A stretch of DNA of 64,000 nucleotides, taken from the NCBI GenBank assembly GCA_951406725.2, contig OX597825.1:58032001-58096000 (forward strand), read 5' to 3'. The stretch comes from Octopus vulgaris. Lineage: Eukaryota. Of the stretch, positions 12,388-26,934 are shown piece after piece. The notes under the pieces are model-generated. The model saw only the letters and a program-made list of their open reading frames with translations. It did no database searches and had not been told where the DNA came from. Position 1 is the stretch's first letter, and each line of letters opens with the position of its first letter. The translations under genes were made by a program, and so were the position numbers.

Positions 12388-13342
12388 AATCCTTGAGTAT
12401 AATCCGCATTTTCCCCCAAAAATTTAAAGGTCAAAATCTCTAGTGCTATATACGAGGTTAAAAATGAAAAATATTTTCTAAGCAATGTCCGAGGCTTTAT
12501 TTGCTGTCCGGCAATGTTTATTCAGACGCATCTTGTGATACCGGGCGCGAAAATACCTTAAGCCAAGCTTGAAAGCAATGATGTCATAAAATAATCATCC
12601 ATAACTTACAGTAAACAACGTTAATTAAAATAAAAGTATTCAGAACACAGAATAACATGTAACAAAAACAATTTACAAACAAATTTACATTCCCATATAA
12701 CAGTTAATAACAACACCATTATTGTATTACGCATGCGCAGAAGTGTTTGTTCAACTAAGTGCTGCTAGCTTAATTACGCACGAATTTTGCTTAATAGTTT
12801 AGCGCTAAATAGCTCGTCCTGCTGTTTGTATTGACAGTTTGCATCATTACCGTGGCAAACAATAGATACTTAATTAAATACCAGTATTAAATGTTTGAAC
12901 TACTGTGGGCCTTTACTAGGTTTTTTTTTATAAATGGGACTTAAACCTGTACATTAATCTCCAATAAAACATTTTATACATTACATGCCCATAAAATGTA
13001 TCGTAGATCTTATTCAGCTATGTTTAAACTTGAAGTTATATCATATGCTGTAGAGCATGGTAATAGGGCCACCGGAAGAAAATTTGATGTTGACAAAAGC
13101 AACGCCAGGAGAAGAAATAAAGATGAAATTAAACAGATGCCAAAGATAAAGAAGGAAAGAAGGCAATAATAAAGGACGTTACCGTATACATTTTTACAAA
13201 CCAAGGATGTTATATAGACCTCCTTGACTCAAGTTAGAGAAGGCGTGCGTATTATACACAAGGTTTAGGTTTTTCAGAGGTACAGTCCCCTAAAAATCCC
13301 CTGCGTATTATACTCAAGGGCACTTTACTCGAGGATTTACGG
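12388..13342 (+). mobile_element. Internally deleted pogo/Tc2-like DNA transposon
   Basis: Right end ...TACTCGAGGATTTACGG followed by TA, with a degenerate left TIR. From 12996 it encodes MYRRSYSAMFKLEVISYAVEHGNRATGRKFDVD, a Brinker-type DNA-binding N-terminus as in POGK-like transposases. Confidence 0.75.
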
Positions 13343-13744
13343 TAACCAACACCAACAATAACAGTAATGATAAAAACAACTCCTTTACAAAGGAGTAACA
13401 GAACCCGAACGCCTCATCAACTTCACAGTCGTTCGCAAGAGCAACAGCGAGCTGATGCAGGAAGTAAGGAAAAGCACTAACATTCACACAAAAGGAGTAG
13501 GGTCTGACGAATTTCTGTCGAAAAATCTCTATGACAGACAGCTGATAAAAACAGACACAAACACTTATTTAGAACTTTAAAAAAATACCCAAAAGTCATT
13601 GGGCCCTTTAGCTAAAGCCAGATAAGATGACTTTAGGAAAGCCCTTCATTAATGATAATGCCTCAGACGAGGCAGCTGAATCAGCCGACCCTCTCAAAAT
13701 CCAAGTTAAATTACCTTTTTCCACTTTGTTTCTCCGATAAATAC

Positions 13745-16700
13745 GGTCGTTTCCAGGGCAGGGTGTGTGAATGTGCGTGGCCTGGGGTCATCCTGGAAGC
13801 AAGGTCACTTGCTAAACGACCTTAGACGTGGCTGAAATTAGCGAGACAAGGATTTCTAATGAGCAATCATTAGCGCCAATTTTCGATGGCTATAAGATAT
13901 TTTTATCAAGTGGTCTGTCGGGAGCGGGTGGTGGGGTAGCTGTGCTATTCAGAAAGTCCTTGACCTCGAAGTAAAGGCAATCTTCTTGGACCCGGGCGGC
14001 AGGTTGGTGGTCCTAGATGTGAATGGTAGCGAAGGTGGCGCGCTTAGACTATTGGCTTAGACTGGAAGGCAAGAATTCTTCAGGTGTCTAGAAATTTTCC
14101 TGGGAACATCTGGCAGTTTAGTACAAATAGGGGACTGGGATGGGATTTTAGACGACCCTCGAAATCCTACTCAGAGACTTCTAGTTGTCCGGTAGGTATC
14201 GTCTGGATTTCAATGATGTGCCAGTATGGACATGGAGCAACCACAATGAGTCATCTAGATCGTATCTAGATAGATTATTTGTTAGGTCAGAGGATAGGGA
14301 TAGTGTAGGTTGTCCACAATTTAAATTGGTCAGCAACACAAACCACAAGTTTGTGATCTGCACAGTCGAATTAGATTGGACTCATAGACAGAGTCCCGGT
14401 TACAGGAAATTGAACGCATCCTTTCCAGCTCGCAAAGACTACAGGGACCGGATTAGTGAACTAGTTAAGCGGCAGATGATTGGGACAATCGTCAACAACC
14501 GGTGGTGAGCCGCCTTGAAGAGGGCGATTAGAGCAGAATCTATAGCGTTTAGTAAAGAGCTAGCAACAGAATGAAATAGATTAGAGGGTGAAATAGCAAA
14601 TCAGAAGAGGCGATTAAAAAGGGCATCGTGACCGATATGACTCTTGATTATTTTTTCGAAGCGAAAAACGAAGGTTGTGTTGTTAGAGCTAAAGACCGGA
14701 CACACAAACAGGAAGGAAATAAAGTTGTCCGATAGGCTCGAATGGTGGAGATGCGACGTGGATACAAAACCACGATCAGGTCTTTGATGGATCGGGATGC
14801 GCGCGTGCTACGCGACTCTGAGCAGATGCGTGCGGTCTTTCAGCAGCACGGTTTTTCATCGGCTGTTTAGTGGGGGTGATGGGTTATCGACGGTACTGGA
14901 CTTTAGTTCGTATCTGGACGGCTTGCCGTGTCTTTTGGCAGTTGACGCGAAGTTATGTGAAAAGCTGATAACAGCCGCTGAAATTCGGAAGGCGATGAGC
15001 GATTGCACAAGTCGCAGATCGCCCGGTTTTGATGGTCTGCCCTACGAATTCTATGTATTTATGCCAGATTTGTTTGGCGACCTCTTGGCAGACGTCTACT
15101 GCAATTGGCAGCAAAACAGAATTTCTAGTGCTATTAGAAGAGGTGTGGTGACACTGCCGAGGAAGGAAGCCGACAATGTAGTAGAGAATTTTCGACCCAT
15201 AACTCTGCTAAACACAGAGTTTAAGATTTTGGCCAAGGTGTTAGCCAAAAGGTTGGTGCTTATCGTCGGTAGCCTGGTCGGGGAAGCGAAAACGTGCGCA
15301 ATCTCGAGCAGGTCTATCCACGTCAACATCCACCCTAAGTGATACATCATAGAGTGGGCTGGGACCACAGCTGGCTTCGGGTGTGCTCTGATCCATTTGG
15401 ATAAATAGAAAGGATTCGATAGGGTAGATCATCACTACTTGGAAGCCGTCCTGAAAGCAGGCGGTCTCGGACCCGTTTTCAGAAGTTAGATCACTGCAAC
15501 CCACAGCGGCACCTGTTCAGTTGTCAAAGTAAACAACCACCTATCGAAGTCGCTTGGCATCGCACGCTCGGTCTCTCAGGGCTGCCCGCTGTCGCCTCTT
15601 CTATACGTATTGGCACTCGAGCCATTGCTGCGGAAGTTAGAACAGTTAAGGAGCATCCCTTTCGAACTGGGACAAGAAAGGGCAGTGTCAGCATACGCGG
15701 ACGATGACACAGCCATGGTGTCAGTCGCCTCTGAAATGGAGACGGTCGGAATCATCGTAAAGGAACATGAGTGAGTAGCGGGGGCTAAAATCAACGCCGA
15801 CAAATCGGTTGGTTTGTGATTGGGCTCCTGAAGAGGCAGGACGGGGCTGCAGAACCGCATCATCAGACGCTGGACCGACGGACCAGGTAAAGTACTCGGA
15901 GTGTGGTTTGGTCCCCTACCTCAAGGTTGATAAGAACTGGGACGAAGTGACGAACAGGATGGCCACTGTTACCCAGAGATGGACTGAAAGAAAGCTGTTC
16001 TTGAAAGGTCGGGTAGAGGTGTCGAATGCTTAGATCGCCTCCATTATCATTTATTGTCTGACCGTCGTTCCTTGTCCCAGTTACTGCTTGACCAGGTTGG
16101 AGCGTCTCTTTAAATTCATGTGGAAGGACGCGTTCTAATAGTCAGGCGGTCAGTCTGTTGCCAGCATCCTTTGAGTGGCCGATTAGGTATGCCGTGGCTC
16201 CTAACGCGCAGAACGCGTTTAGATTACACCACCTGCAACGATTTCTGGACGGTGAGCACGTGTGAGCTCCGTTTGTGAGGCTCATCTTTTCGCAGTTCGT
16301 CTCCTTGGCGGAGCTGCAGTCCTAGGTGAAGAAAAAACCGAGACTGGGCGCCTGGCACCTAGAATGTCGTCAGGCGCTCACAGCCCTCTACCAGTCGGGC
16401 AATGAGATCGGTGGATGTTTCGCTTTAGAAATTTATAAAGGATTAGTGACGGAGAAGTGCGACGACGTTCTTGCGGAGACTCTGGGTGCCGACGAGAACG
16501 AACTGGTTAGCCTGCTCCGGAGGACTTTCCGGTCGGGAAATATCATGGATAATTTCCAGATGTCCTTGGCTTGGCAGTGCTATCGAGGGGCGCTATCGGT
16601 TCGAGACAAGCTCTACAGGCACAGATGTGCTGTCGGACCGACTTGTCCGAGGTGCGCTCAAAGTGATGAAACCGTTCTGCACGCTCTCGTTCCGTGTCCG

Positions 16701-17303
16701 GGTATTGCTGACTTGTGGAGATATGTGGAACAGCTGTTGTCACGTATGGTATGGATCCGTCTGTCGGCCGGGTCTGTAGTGATGACTGCCCTGCCGCCCT
16801 CTTTCAATCGGGCAGGCAAAACAGTTTTCCTTTGCTTGGTGGCTGTGGCGATAGAGCTTGTTTGATGTACAAGGCTGAAAGACATGAGGACTGATACAGC
16901 CCTCTTTGGTAGAGCTCTCATTGACTTTTTCAAGTTTCACTTGAAAAGGAAATTGAGAGTGGAGAGGTAAGTATTGTCCTTGAGCGAGTTTATTGAAAGA
17001 TGGGTGAAAGTTGCGAAAATGGCAAGAGTGGATGATACCTCTCTAAGTGTAGATCCGTGAGTCGGAGTGAAGGAATTGGAGAGGGCACTTGCTCATAGGG
17101 TTTCAGGGAAATCTCAGATTATCCCTAGAGGCGTTCCTGTATCAGGAAAGCCACATCGCTATCATCCTCCCCGCCAGCTTTTTTTTACCTTTGTATGCTA
17201 TGCATATGTCTTTTTTCCAGTGTATACCGTGTATACTTTTATTTTATCATTTCATTATTATATGTAAACCCCCACACTTTATGTCTGTCTCTTGTAGCAA
17301 ATA
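13745..17303 (+). mobile_element. Tx1/L1-clade LINE ORF2 (APE-RT-zinc finger) plus 3' UTR, degenerate
   Basis: VNVRGL endonuclease start, SPGFDGLPYEFY, NFRPITLLNTEFKILAK, QGCPLSP, AYADD and CPRC...ET..H...C. Many stops and frameshifts. ~11800-13700 may be ORF1 remnant. Confidence 0.9.
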
Positions 17304-17304
17304 A

Positions 17305-17339
<35 letters not shown>

Positions 17340-17349
17340 TATTAAAAAA

Positions 17350-17744
17350 GGCGGTGAGTTGTCAGAAACGTTAGCATGCCGGGCGAAATGCGTAGCCGTA
17401 TTTCGTTTGCCGTTACGTTCTGAGTTCAAATTCCGCCGAGGTCGACTTTGCTTTTCATCCTTCCGGGTCGATAAATTAAGTACCAGTTACGCACAGGGGT
17501 CGATGTAATCGACTTAATCCGTTTATCTGTCCTTGTTTGTCCCCTCTATGTTTAGCCCCTTGTTGGTAGTAAAGAAATAGGTATTTCGTCTGCGGCTACG
17601 TTCTGAGTTCTAATTCCGCCGAGGTTGACTTTGCCTTCCATTTTTTCTGGCTCGATGAAATAAGTACCAGTTATGCAATTGGGTTGATGTAATCGACTAG
17701 TCCCCTCCCCACAAATTTGCAGCCTTCTGCCTGCTGTAGAAAGG

Positions 17745-17745
<1 letters not shown>
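17350..17745 (+). mobile_element. SINE family 2, tandem dimer
   Basis: Head plus a repeated core unit, ending in (ATT)n. Confidence 0.85.
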
Positions 17746-17809
<64 letters not shown>

Positions 17810-17839
17810 CATCATCATCATCATCATCATCATCAACAC

Positions 17840-17906
<67 letters not shown>

Positions 17907-17907
<1 letters not shown>

Positions 17908-19120
17908 CTTCGTAACAGAGTGTAGGTAAAAATGCACCGGAGTTTTTAGTCATCTATCAAGTCACAACAAGATAATACTTTCCTTAAGAAGTATGCTGTG
18001 CCCAGTAAGGCTGCTTTCTGCAAGACATCAATCTTGCAAGGGATTTCCAGTTGCCTTAAGAAGTATTGAATTTTCAATGGGATTGGGCCCAACGCTCCGA
18101 TCACCACTGGTATTGCTTTTACATTACCTATTTCTTTATTACCCACAAAGGGCTAAATACAGAGGGGACAAACAAGGACAGACATAGGTATTAAGTCGAT
18201 TACATCGACCCCAGTGCGTAACTGGTACTTAATTTATCGACCCCGAAAGGATGAAAGGCAAAGTCGACCTCGGCGGAATTTGAACTCACAACGTAACGCA
18301 GACGAAATACCGCTAAGCATTTCGCCCGGCGTGCTAACGATTCTGCCAGCTCGCCGCCTTACCCTCTCGCATTTCATACAGTCTTGCCATTTCCACTTTC
18401 AGTCCGGATTACTTGGTGATTTCTTCAACCTCTTTACTCACATTATTCATGACATTTAGAATGGCTACATCATTGATCTGACAGTATTTGTCTCTCTTAT
18501 TCAATATGACAATATCAGGCCTACGGTACTCGATTACACGATCCGTCTGAAAATCATAGTCCCATTGTGTTCTTACTTTTCCATCCTCCTACATAACTTT
18601 ACTTGTTATGTGCTCATACCAGTTCTCAATTACTTCATATTGGTATTTACAACATAAGAGCCAATGAAGATACACACACATTTTATCGTGGCGGCGCTTG
18701 TATTCTTTTTGTGCAAGACTCTCACATCCACTTACCAAGTTGGTCACATTTTCCACACTCTTTCCACAGAGTCTGCATTTCTGCGTGTCAGAAGTTTTAT
18801 AGATGTTATACTTCACTGAACTGGTACCGAGTGCCTGATCTTGTGCAGCAATGATCAAGCTTTCGGTGGTACATTTCTAATCACTTCGCTCAAGCCATAC
18901 CCACGATGTTGTATTATGCTTAACATCTTGTGTATTCCTTTCAAACTGTCCGTGCATTCTCATTTCAAGATCTTCTTTTCTCTTCTCCTCAGCTCTTTGG
19001 TTAAACTCTTCCTTGCCCATTATTTCATCTGCATTTACACCCATATCTTTCGCAGCTTATCTTTCCTGAATGTATCCTTGAATGGTTGGCTGGTCCGGTA
19101 TCGTCATTAGGGGTTTATTC
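17907..19120 (-). mobile_element. R4/Dong-clade LINE 3' fragment (family C) interrupted by a SINE
   Basis: IIAAQDQAL, CRLC...V..LVSGC, YKRRHD, IPVVIGALG and LQKAALLGTA..LRKVL. 3' end abuts (TAA)n. Confidence 0.85.
18126..18358 (-). mobile_element. SINE family 2 inserted in the Dong RLE domain
   Basis: Matches 3984-4219 and splits the coding frame. Confidence 0.85.
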
Positions 19121-20623
19121 AATTTTTTAAATATTTCAATAGAGGTCTTTTTTATATTTCTGATTTCTTTAGCCAGTGAGTTGAATAACTAAGGGCCTCT
19201 AAATACAGTGTTTTTGCTCATCATTTAGAAGGTGGTATATTTGGAAGCTGACAGTGTCTACCATTTCGTGGATTAACAGTCACTCTAGTGCCGAAGTTTG
19301 TAACATGACCCTCCGGGATTTTCCACACGTATATCATACAATATTTCTCTTCAGCTTTCAAAAAATTAGAGACACAAAGCTTTCGAACGTTCCTTGTATT
19401 TAAGGTTTTTAACCGAAATTATTTTACTGGTGAGATATTTTGTAACTGTTTTACTGGTGATTCTCTGTAACTATTTTACTTTGTAACTATTTTACTGGTG
19501 AAGATTCTCCTATGAGATCGGTTGAGTTTGGAGACCTAGGCCGTGAGCAGTAATCTAATTTACTCAGAAGAAAGATTTTCCATAGTGTTAGCATAACTAC
19601 CAGTCCTCTTCTTACAAAGATTCGAAGGAACCATCCTTTGAGATGTCTGCATTTAGAGATCAGTTTGATGATATGGCTGATGAAAGATGCATCATTTGAC
19701 ATGGTTATTTTTAAGTCCCGTATGCCATTAGCGCTCTGAATCATTCTGCTATCTGGTGTCAAATAACGTGGCTTGTGTATATTCCCACCCTAATGAAGAG
19801 CCTCAAATTTTGATGCATTAAATTTCGTATTGTTTTTATCTGAAATGAAGTTTAGCTCTTTCTGGAGTGTGGCGGCATCTTCTGAAGTTCTGTTAGCCAT
19901 CGATATTTTTGTGTCATCGGTGCAAATTGTTAGGTGGCCGAGTGCACTTGTGAGCACCTAATACGTTGATTATAAATAATAATGATCCTAGAACCGTGCA
20001 CTGAGGTATGCCAATTATTACAGGTGACTTTGCTAACAAAACCGTTTGCAGCAACAGATTTATTCCTCCCCCCGTAAGAAGTCAAAGAGTAATTCTCCGA
20101 GTTTTCCTGTGGCACCAAGAGCCTTTATCCTACGACAGTTGATTCCATGATCAATCTCATCAAACATTTTAGCAAAATCAAGGTATACGATGTCAATGTC
20201 CATTCCTCTCAAGAGAATATTGAAGAAAGTGCTATGGTGCTATAATAGTTGGGACAAACAACTTCGTCCAGTTTGCAAACTATGCGATGTATCATCTAAG
20301 AGTTTGTTTTCCTCAAGGTACGTAAATATTCATTTTCGAACAGTGCGTTCGACAATTTCAAATGTGCGCGATGTGATAGAAACAGGTTTGTAATTTTTAG
20401 CTCCAACCCTGCTACATCCTTTGTGTATGGGCGTTACTATTGCATCTTTCAGTAGTTTTGGGAATATGCCGATAGCTAGCGACTTTTGAAAAAGCATCTT
20501 AAACGATTTGGCGAGGCTGTCTTGCCGGTTTTTAACAGTATGGCTTGGGGACCACCTAATCTAAATGCCGAGTTTGAATCGCTGTCATTAATATTTGCAA
20601 GTATATCATCTTCCATATTATCA

Positions 20624-21843
20624 TCAATATTAATATAAAGCTGAAGTTCTGTGTGTGTGTGTGTGACAGGTTTGACAGCCTTCAACTAACACTATCTCCT
20701 CCGAGACCCTGCGGCACAAGTTGACCAAAATGGAGAGTATGATAGAAGAATGCTTGGTCTTCATTCCGTTGAAGAAAAAAATTCAAATCGGACCATGTTA
20801 AGACCAAAAATTATTTACATATAAAAGGTGCTTTTTTTCTAAGAAAATCCCTATTTTTTACGATTTTTTTAATGCTGTGTTGCCATTTTTCGGTGTATTT
20901 CAACAAGAAAAATGTTCACTTAAAGAGAATAGCAAGCTACATTACGCAAAATGTTTAGTTTTCAAAAATTTCAATTCTAAAGGGTCAAAAAGAATTTTTT
21001 TGTGATGTCATTGATTTTGAGGGAACGACGGATCAGCTGATCCAATGCAGAGGAGTAATGTTCGCTGCGTGAATGCACTAATTTTCAAGGTCGTCAACTG
21101 CTACAGCGTTGAGTACAATTCAGCAATTTCAGTTGATTTTTTGTGAGAAAAACTAATTGAATTAGCGTAAGACAGAATCGATGTCTCGTCATCATTCTCA
21201 CTTGAATGAGAAGATGCAATGGTAACGGCGTTTCTGTTTATTGTCGGTTTAAGTAATTATTTGTGGGTATGGCAGTCGTAGCAGTTGTGCGATCTGCATG
21301 CTGTTACTATCTACGATGTTCAAGTCAAACCATCAATAGGTATGTTTTGATTTTACAGATTTTTTTAGTTATACGTGATGTAAAATAGTCGATTTTATTC
21401 ATTTTGCAGGTACGTACAACTACGATTCATGTTGCCCACCCATTTGGCTTCAAAATAACATTTTTTGCTTTTTTTTTGTAACTACAAACTGTTCTTACTA
21501 GCGTTTTGGATTTTCCTGTACTTTTTCTTAATGAATACTGTTGCAGTATTAACTTCTTAATAGATTTTCAGTGCAGTTCGAAACTTGAGCTTCATTTTGC
21601 TTTAAATCTACGGGTAATTTTTTTCTCCATAATATTAATAGAAGGAATATTAACCAACAATACCAACAATTGAAGTCGGTATTACACATTTGCAGCACAT
21701 TCAGAGCAAACTCGAGCATCGCCACACTATACTTTTATTCATAGAATGAAACTGTGTCAAAACTTTGTTAACGCGACATCAAAGTCCGCCGTTTTAAGCG
21801 CAACTAAAAAGCAAACCCGAGCAACGCCGGGCTATACTACTAG
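20624..21843 (+). mobile_element. Non-autonomous Helitron
   Basis: A|TC start (TCAATATTAATATAAAG), subterminal hairpin CCCGAGCAACGCCGGG, CTAG|T end, no TSD. Confidence 0.85.
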
Positions 21844-21909
21844 TTTATTTCTAAACGTGTCTCTGCAGTTGAATTCTGGGGAAGAAAAATTTTCTTTGGC
21901 TTATGTATT

Positions 21910-22036
21910 ATTTTATTAATTACGAGCAAAACGCCCTCCGTCCAATGGACGGTGCTGAGTCGTCAAACATTTACACCAAATTTTCTCAAAACAACTTTTC
22001 CGACCGTCCTATAGGCCTCCCCTTTGAGAAACACTG
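21910..22036. mobile_element. hAT (Charlie-like) terminal fragment
   Basis: Ends TTTGAGAAACACTG (reverse complement CAGTGTTTCTCAAA). The other end was not found. Confidence 0.45.
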
Positions 22037-22059
22037 ATATAGCCTAAATTTGAGACACC

Positions 22060-22370
22060 AGCAAAAGAAGAAATAAAGATAGACTTTTTTCTATTCCAAA
22101 GAAAAACGATTTTATTCACACAAATATGCAACCGAAGAGTTTAAAATACCAGTAAGTACATCGCAACAGCTGATGTACTTACGCGTACAAATGCACGTTC
22201 CCACGGCTTCATCGATCACATTCCCACCTGGAATCGATTTTTGTAATTTTTTTCAAGACTTATACACGCCCTGATACCGTCAGTATCTACATATCAAATT
22301 TGAGTGCAATCGGATGGAGGATGCCCGAGATCCGAGAAGACACACTCACAAACGGATTTTATATAATAGA
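22060..22370 (-). mobile_element. Helitron 5' fragment
   Basis: Minus strand begins TCTATTATATAAAATCCGTTTGTG...CCGATTGCACTCAAATTTG, typical of non-autonomous Helitron 5' ends. No 3' CTAG end found. Confidence 0.55.
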
Positions 22371-22971
22371 TAGGTTGGGAAAATGCAGTTATATTGTTGA
22401 CTCAAGAGTTCATATATTTGTTGGGAGGACCTAATTCATTTTGGTCCATTAAAGGACTAATCTGGTTGTGTTTAGCAAAGTCGAAAAAGAACTTGGGGTT
22501 CTTGATATTCTCCACTGCTCGGTGTTCCTTTAGCGAAGTGTCTCTTTTATATTTTAGGTCCAGTTTAATATTTTTAGGTCCATTTTAATGATGTATATTT
22601 TCCTTTTGTCTTTTTCTTTTCCGCATTTCATCTGTTGGGAGAGTTTGATTTTTAGTTGTTTTAGTTTTCGTCTATCTCGTAGAATCAAGTTCTTACGAGA
22701 ATAGGTGTTTATTATATGGGGAATGCTTTAAACAGATTTTGATTAACTCTTCTTACTGAAACTTCATTTTTTGTTAACCCAATTTAAAATATCTGTCTCA
22801 GTATCCTTTCACGTGGCCTTCTTGGACTACAAGTTCATGGGAGGGGGATGAGTCATATCTGATATTATATGGTAGTAGTGGTGGCGGCTGCGGCGGCAGT
22901 AGTAGTAACAGTGGTAGTGGTGGTGGGAGGGATGGGGTGTTGCTGATAGTGGCTGCGGGACCAGTAGTAGC

Positions 22972-23030
<59 letters not shown>

Positions 23031-23062
23031 AAGAAGAATATGGTAATGATGGACCTCTCGTG

Positions 23063-23118
23063 CTATTCGGAAAGAGTGAATAAATTTGAGTAGGTTAACT
23101 GTTGGGAGGACCTAAGGA
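23063..23118 (-). CDS. Putative terminal exon of paralog 2 (VLRSSQQLTYSNLFTLSE*)
   Basis: CATAG acceptor, phase matches exon 25747-25828, homologous to 56949-57004 with the stop at the same position. Followed by (ACT)n. Could instead be non-coding or LINE-derived. Confidence 0.3.
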
Positions 23119-23289
23119 CTATGTATTTTGATAAGTCATTTTAATAGGTCAATGTATTTTAATAGATTAATTGTACGTGTATTGAAAAATAGTTATTAGA
23201 AATACCTCGTAATATGCATACGTCATCAAGTTTTGAAGCCGGGTCACCTCTGACTGATGGATTCAAACTTATACAGAGACAGAGTAATG

Positions 23290-23537
23290 TTGCTGTTGTG
23301 TGTGTGTATGTGTGAAAGAGAGAGATAACTGAAATTTTTTATTCACTTTTTGTAGTGCGTGCGTGCGTGTGTGCGTGTGTGTGTGTGTATGTATGTATGT
23401 ATGCATGTATGTGTGTGTGTATGTATGTATGTATGTATGTATGTATGTATGTATGTGTGTGTATGTATGTGTGTGTATGTATGTATGTGTGTGTATGTAT
23501 GTGTGTGTGTATATATGTATGTGTGTATGTATGTATG

Positions 23538-23571
<34 letters not shown>

Positions 23572-24389
23572 TGTATGTATGTATGGCCTGTTCAGTGTTT
23601 ACATTATTTCGAGTTAAAACGAAAGATTACCTTTGCCTGTTTATGTAACGGTCTGCTATGTAGAAAATAATGAGGTTGACTCAAGGGAATAATGACAGTG
23701 GTCGAAATTATAGACAATATTTTTTTTATTTAACCGTTATATATGCCTTCTCGACTGCTACTGTGTAGCCTTAAATTTCTACTTGTCCTGTTTTCACCAT
23801 TATGGCATCATGCAAGGGACTGATAGAGTAATGTCTGTTGATGTGACGATGGTGAAATGGTAAGAGAGGAGGAGATATCTTTCTCATGAGAAAAGAGTTG
23901 CATGCAAAGGGGAAAAAATAGTTAAGAGTCTATAGATGTGCAGAGAAACTGGGTGCAAACATGCATATATGCATGTGTAAACATTGTGTTGTGCAGCAAA
24001 AGGAATGAACAGTACAAAATGTGTAACGAAAAGTGACAAAACCTGATTGGTAACTGTCCTGTGTGAAAAGTCTATGCTGAAAAGTGAGAAAAGGTTAGTT
24101 TTCTTGGTTGGGTAGCTGTCCTAAGTGTTGCATTTATGTATGGCAACTGTTTCCCTCGTGGATCTGTGCATCGGGTTGCAGTACATTGTCTGCCATGTCA
24201 CCGACTCAATGGACACACACCAATTACATTCCACATGGCAGACAATCGCTCTCTCTCTCTTAGTCTCTTTCGCTTTCATAACTTAAAAAGATCCCATTTC
24301 CCGCCAACCCCATATGTAAAAAAATAAATGTAAAATAATAAATGTAAAAAGATAAATGTAAAAAAAAAGTTTTTTTACGGAAATCGACC
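23290..24389. mobile_element. DNA-transposon remnant sharing a block with the element at 41651-42834
   Basis: 23320-23730 shares ...GGCC..TTCAGTGTTTACATTATTTCGAGTTAAAACGAAAGATTACC... with 42140-42270. Cys-rich degenerate coding-like stretch at ~24040-24200. Confidence 0.5.
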
Positions 24390-24781
24390 ATCATACATAG
24401 ACAAAAAGACGTGGTCCATTTTGATTGACGTAATCGGTACTAGAACCGTAAGATCGCCTTCTGAACATTGCCACGCCTAACGACGCAAAAAGACAAAAGA
24501 AAGGAAAATAAAAGTAAAAATAAAGAGCGATATTCATAAGAAAGAAACTCCATGTATCTGACTTGTAGATAGATTGTCTGGTGTGTGTATGTATGTATGT
24601 ATGTGTGTGTGTCAAAGAGAAAGAGAGAGAGAGAAGGGGGGAGGGAGAGAGAGAAAGCGAAAGAAGAGATAAATAGATTGTGTGCCTGAAGATTGACATT
24701 TTTCTTGCACTAGTTATTAAACTCGATAACGCGAAATAGTTGATCAAAAAGGCGGAGGATATGAGAGAGGCTATATATATA

Positions 24782-24816
<35 letters not shown>

Positions 24817-24912
24817 CCAAGAGACAGAGAGAGAGAGAGAAATAGATAGGTAGACAGACAGGCAGGCAGGCAGGCAAGCAGGCAGGCAGGCAGACAGACA
24901 GACAGACAGATC

Positions 24913-24998
<86 letters not shown>

Positions 24999-25220
24999 CA
25001 GTGATCCTTCCCGAATCATATAGACTCATAGGGACGGTTTCCTGATTTCTGTGGCACACACACATCCACACACACACACAAACACACAGGATGCACACTC
25101 ACACACACATACTGACTATATGGTTCTTTTCTTCTCCCAGCCCTAACAATCTCACTAACCGCCCTAGAGCTATAAATCTTTTGAACGCCCCACCCCTTTA
25201 CACTAGCCTCTTAATGTCAG

Positions 25221-25582
<362 letters not shown>

Positions 25583-25746
25583 CAGTGATCCTTCCCGAAT
25601 CATATAGACTCATAGGGACGGTTTCCTGATTTCTGTGGCACACACACATCCACACACACACACACAAACACACAGGATGCACACTCACACACACATACTG
25701 ACGTATTTGTGCGTGTGTTTATATAAAGTGATTGAAATGTACTTAC

Positions 25747-25828
25747 CCAAGGATGTTTCTTTAAAAACAATGGGTAAATAGTCCAAACAATTTACGAAAA
25801 TGACGAACAAAATCAACTCAGTGTTCAT
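25747..25828 (-). CDS. Putative signal-peptide exon, paralog 2 (MNTELILFVIFVNCLDYLPIVFKETSL + phase-1 G)
   Basis: 82 nt from ATG to a G|GTAAGT donor, the same length as 54231-54312. Upstream and intronic flanks are homologous. Confidence 0.6.
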
Positions 25829-26177
25829 GCTGCAGCCGTAAAAAAATATGACCGATCAGACCGAAAATTTCAACAGATTGTTATGCCAGAGATGTATGAA
25901 TAACACACTCATGCGCACGCATATTTGTAGATTTACTAGCATAAGGCGTTTTATTTTAAAGCAAAAACGATGTATGCAGGAAGTATACAATAGTCAGTTA
26001 TATGATGCTATTCAGAAAGATATAAAAAAGTGCAAAAACAATGTTCAAATTTCTATAACGAAGGTGGGGATAAATTCGATGCAAGGATGTGTGGGACGTT
26101 GAGACAATTTTACAAATATACAGAAAATTCACTATAAAAATGTACATGAATAGATTAGGGCCTATGAATGTACGTGA

Positions 26178-26338
26178 GCGCAGGAATGGCTGTGTGGTAA
26201 GTACCTTGTTTACCAACCACATGGTTCCGGGTTCAGTCCCACTGCGTGGCACTTTGGGCAAGTGTCTTCTACTATAGCCCCAGGCCGACCAAAGCCTTGT
26301 GAGTGGATTTGGTAGACGGAAACTGAAAGAATCCCGTC

Positions 26339-26391
<53 letters not shown>

Positions 26392-26630
26392 TGTGTGTGT
26401 TTGTGTGTTTATATGCGTGTGTGTGTTTGTGTGTTTGTCCCCCTAGCATTGCTTGACAACCGATGCTGGTGTGTTTATGTCCCCGTTACTTAGCGGTTCA
26501 GCAAAAGAGACCGATAGAATAAGTACTGGGCTTACAAAAGAATAAGTCCCGGGTCGAGTTGCTCGATTAAAGGCGGTGCTCCAGCATGGCCGCAGTCAAA
26601 TGACTGAAACAAGTAAAAGAGTAAAAAAGA
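26178..26630 (+). mobile_element. CORE-type tRNA-derived SINE, full length
   Basis: A-box-like TGGCTGTGTGG, B-box-like GGTTCAGTCCC, CORE-like GCACTTTGGGCAAGTGTCTTCT, internal TA/TG repeat, GTAAAAGA tail. Confidence 0.88.
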
Positions 26631-26934
26631 GCAGTAAAACACGAGAATTTTTTTTACTGGAGCACAAGTTATTTGTTTGGACAGGCACTAACCAGGTAGG
26701 GTTGGCGTTGTGCAGGTTCAAACAATAACTTCAACCGAAGGGTAGAACGCGCCTTCAAACAGAAAATTGATTCAGCTGCTGTTAGTACGTTTAACTGTGA
26801 ACCACATCGTTTGAAGCTTCTCATTTTGTCAGCCCCTTTTAGAAAATGGAAAGTAACATGTTTGCTTTCCTGGTCATTATGTTGCTCAGAAGTTATCCTG
26901 AGCAACTCTAACTCTTTGTGCCCAATTTTTCACT

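Larger units (their letters stand above)
19200..22830 (-). mobile_element. CR1-group LINE ORF2 remnant with nested insertions
   Basis: IKNPKFFF (~22500), IVTPIHKG..NYKPVSITS, GRSCLSQL, YLDFAK.FD (20150-20450) and RDL.I.MSNDASF..HI, SKLDYCS (19500-19760). Interrupted by Helitrons and a hAT end. Confidence 0.75.
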